21,563 nucleotides of DNA from the NCBI RefSeq assembly GCF_006345805.1, contig NW_021823683.1, positions 1 to 21,563 on the forward strand. The letters are read 5' to 3'. The position numbers and the translations under genes were made by a program. Shown here piece by piece: positions 19,497-21,563 of this stretch (within the stretch, counting starts at the first letter, position 1; each line of letters starts with the position of its first letter). Source of the DNA: Octopus sinensis. Lineage: Eukaryota. The notes under the pieces are model-generated. The model made no database searches, was not told the DNA's origin, and saw nothing but the letters and a program-made list of their open reading frames with translations.

Positions 19497-20687
19497 GGCG
19501 TGGTTGATGATGCGCAGACACGCGCTGAGACTGCGACATCTCAGGCTCTACATAGACGACGGTGAACAGGTGTGGTCGCTGTTCTGAGGCACGCTTCCGC
19601 AACTCGTCTCCATGACCGAAGTTCAGTCGTGGATCAAAAAGAGGCCGAGAAGGGCGAATAGCACCGCGAGTGTCGCGTTGCTGTCAAGCAACTATGCTGT
19701 CCCGGGTCGACATGAGTGACTTCAACACAACCCAAGCATTCTATAGGGGATTGGTGGTGGGGAGGGTAACGTCGACGAGCTCGGGCGAACCTGGACGTCG
19801 ACGAGGAATACCTGACCCGCCTGATCTGGACGAATTTCGGGCGAGGGCCCATTGACAACAACCAAAGATCCCTGGCCTGGCAGTGCTACCGAGAAGCGCT
19901 ACTCCTTCGGGATTAAGCTCTACAGATACGGCTCGAGGAACACGGGGCCGACCTGCCCGAGATGCGGTCAGAATGATGAAACCGTTCTGCGCACACTCGT
20001 GCAGTGTCCAACCATTACCGACCTCATGTGTGGGACGAGTCGGTTTATCAGCCGAGTCTATCGTCAATATTGTCACGCCTCCTTCCTTCAAACAGGAAGG
20101 AAGAGCTATTTTCATCATTTGGCGAAATAATGCATCTCGTGGACGCGTCTGAAAGAATTGGAGACAAACACTTTCCTCTCTGGTCAATCTCTCATGAACA
20201 TCTTCTTGTATCATCATTTCAAGTATCACTTGAAAAGGAAAGTGAGAGTAGAGTGGCAAGTTTTGTCTAGCGAATGTTTTAAAAAAGATGGGTGAATGTA
20301 GCAAGGATGGCTCGTATGAATGACGACGCCAGCTTGAGCATAATCCTATGAAGCCAGAAATTTAAGACAGAGGTTTACTTGCAAACAAATGTGGTAACAT
20401 GTAACAATATTGACCGCGGTTACCGTGGTCTTTTCCGTAGGCTTTTCTTCCCACGAATAAACCTTATCTGCTTCTCCTTTTACACCTTACATCACGACAC
20501 TGTGATACACGATCCCTATTGATCGTTTTTTTTCTTTTGTTTCTTTTTCTTTTTTTCTTCGTCTTCTTTCCCTTTTACGATCCCTTTTCATCGAAAACCT
20601 AACCCACCTTTTATTTCCTAAAAAAGAAAAGCTCTACATTGTAATCGTTCACTTCTGTGTGCAGCTCTGTGTGTCTAATAAAGAAAC
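19497..20687 (+). mobile_element. 5'-truncated L1/Tx1-clade LINE: ORF2 C-terminus and 3' UTR
   Basis: Frameshifted WLMMRRHALRLRHL..., SLAWQCYREAL, GPTCPRCGQNDETVL..LVQC (zf-RVT-like), FKYHLKRK...RWVNVA, TGA at 20349-20351, pyrimidine-rich 3' UTR and AATAAA at 20677-20682, then simple repeats. Confidence 0.8.
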
Positions 20688-20725
20688 ATATCTATCTATA
20701 TATCTATATATATATATATATATAA

Positions 20726-20793
<68 letters not shown>

Positions 20794-20820
20794 ATATCTA
20801 TATATATATATATATATAAT
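20688..20820. repeat. (TA)n/(TCTA)n compound microsatellite
   Basis: Directly visible. Confidence 0.95.
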
Positions 20821-21563
20821 TAACAATAACAGGGTAATAAAAATCTTAGAATGTTTACTACCAGTAGCCTAACATGTTAAAAAATTGTCAATAGACTATA
20901 TATTACACATATAAATGCATTGTACATTTAAACACTTAAGAGGTATCATATAAGAGGCAAATGCTGGATTGCCTCATGCTTATATGTTTTAATATAGGCG
21001 TACCTGCTGATGAAGACTTCGTCTAGCCAATAATTTTATTTGCTAAAAATATGTCTGAATCCGTTCTCTAGGAGATAGAGGTAAATGTTTTATAATTTTC
21101 ATTCCCTTCGATGATTATCCCTAATAGTGGTTTGGATTTTAGCTGTTCCTTCTAGCGTTCAGGGAATCCTATGAGGATACTTCTTGTGCGTTTAAATGTA
21201 CACTGTGTTTACATCTAACTACCTATATATCTATATATCTATATATCTATATATCTATCTATCTATCTATAGGTATATACATAGTAGAAATTTACAGAAA
21301 AACAAAAGACGAACACAGATATATGAACAAGGTGTGTATCACAGAAGTTCAAAAAGGATTAAAAGTTGTAGTGTATTGGAGGGATTTTTCATTAACAGAT
21401 GTTTCACGTGAAATCCATAAGTATATCGAGTGCCAATCGGGTTGAGTGCAGATATGGAGAATCGGAGAGGTGCAGAAACTTCATGCAGTAGTAAGTCCAA
21501 TGTGTAGGTGTTTAAAGCAGGATAAAACAGGTGTGACCACTTGAGCGTACAATATATATATAT

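Overview
Eukaryotic, AT-rich, microsatellite- and transposon-dense intronic DNA, most likely from an octopus or other coleoid (judged from recalled SINE types, not from a search). The only host coding sequence I can support is one 72-nt, phase-2 leucine-rich-repeat exon on + (9771-9842). The centrepiece is a young, essentially complete 5.9-kb Penelope-like retroelement (PLE; 2548-8450) lying in a (TA)n tract. Reading along the minus strand it is pLTR - 44-nt leader - RT ORF - linker - GIY-YIG endonuclease - pLTR, joined head-to-head to an inverted, 5'-truncated copy (linker, EN and most of the pLTR). Unusual points: RT and EN are separated by two compensating 1-nt frame changes, one of which is absent in the inverted copy; the usual Cys-rich RT-EN linker is replaced by about 150 aa of S/N/G-rich sequence; no hammerhead ribozyme was found by eye, but a 13-bp stem forms only across the tandem-unit junction just before the ATG; and the pLTR holds a TATA/Inr candidate whose inverted copy points at the host exon. 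The rest is nested TE debris: Gypsy gag with PBS, three Helitron pieces, a mariner, tRNA-derived SINEs and a SINE-head/Tx1-L1 chimera. No tRNA or rRNA genes, CRISPR arrays or prokaryotic features. All alignments and translations beyond the supplied ORF track were done by eye.
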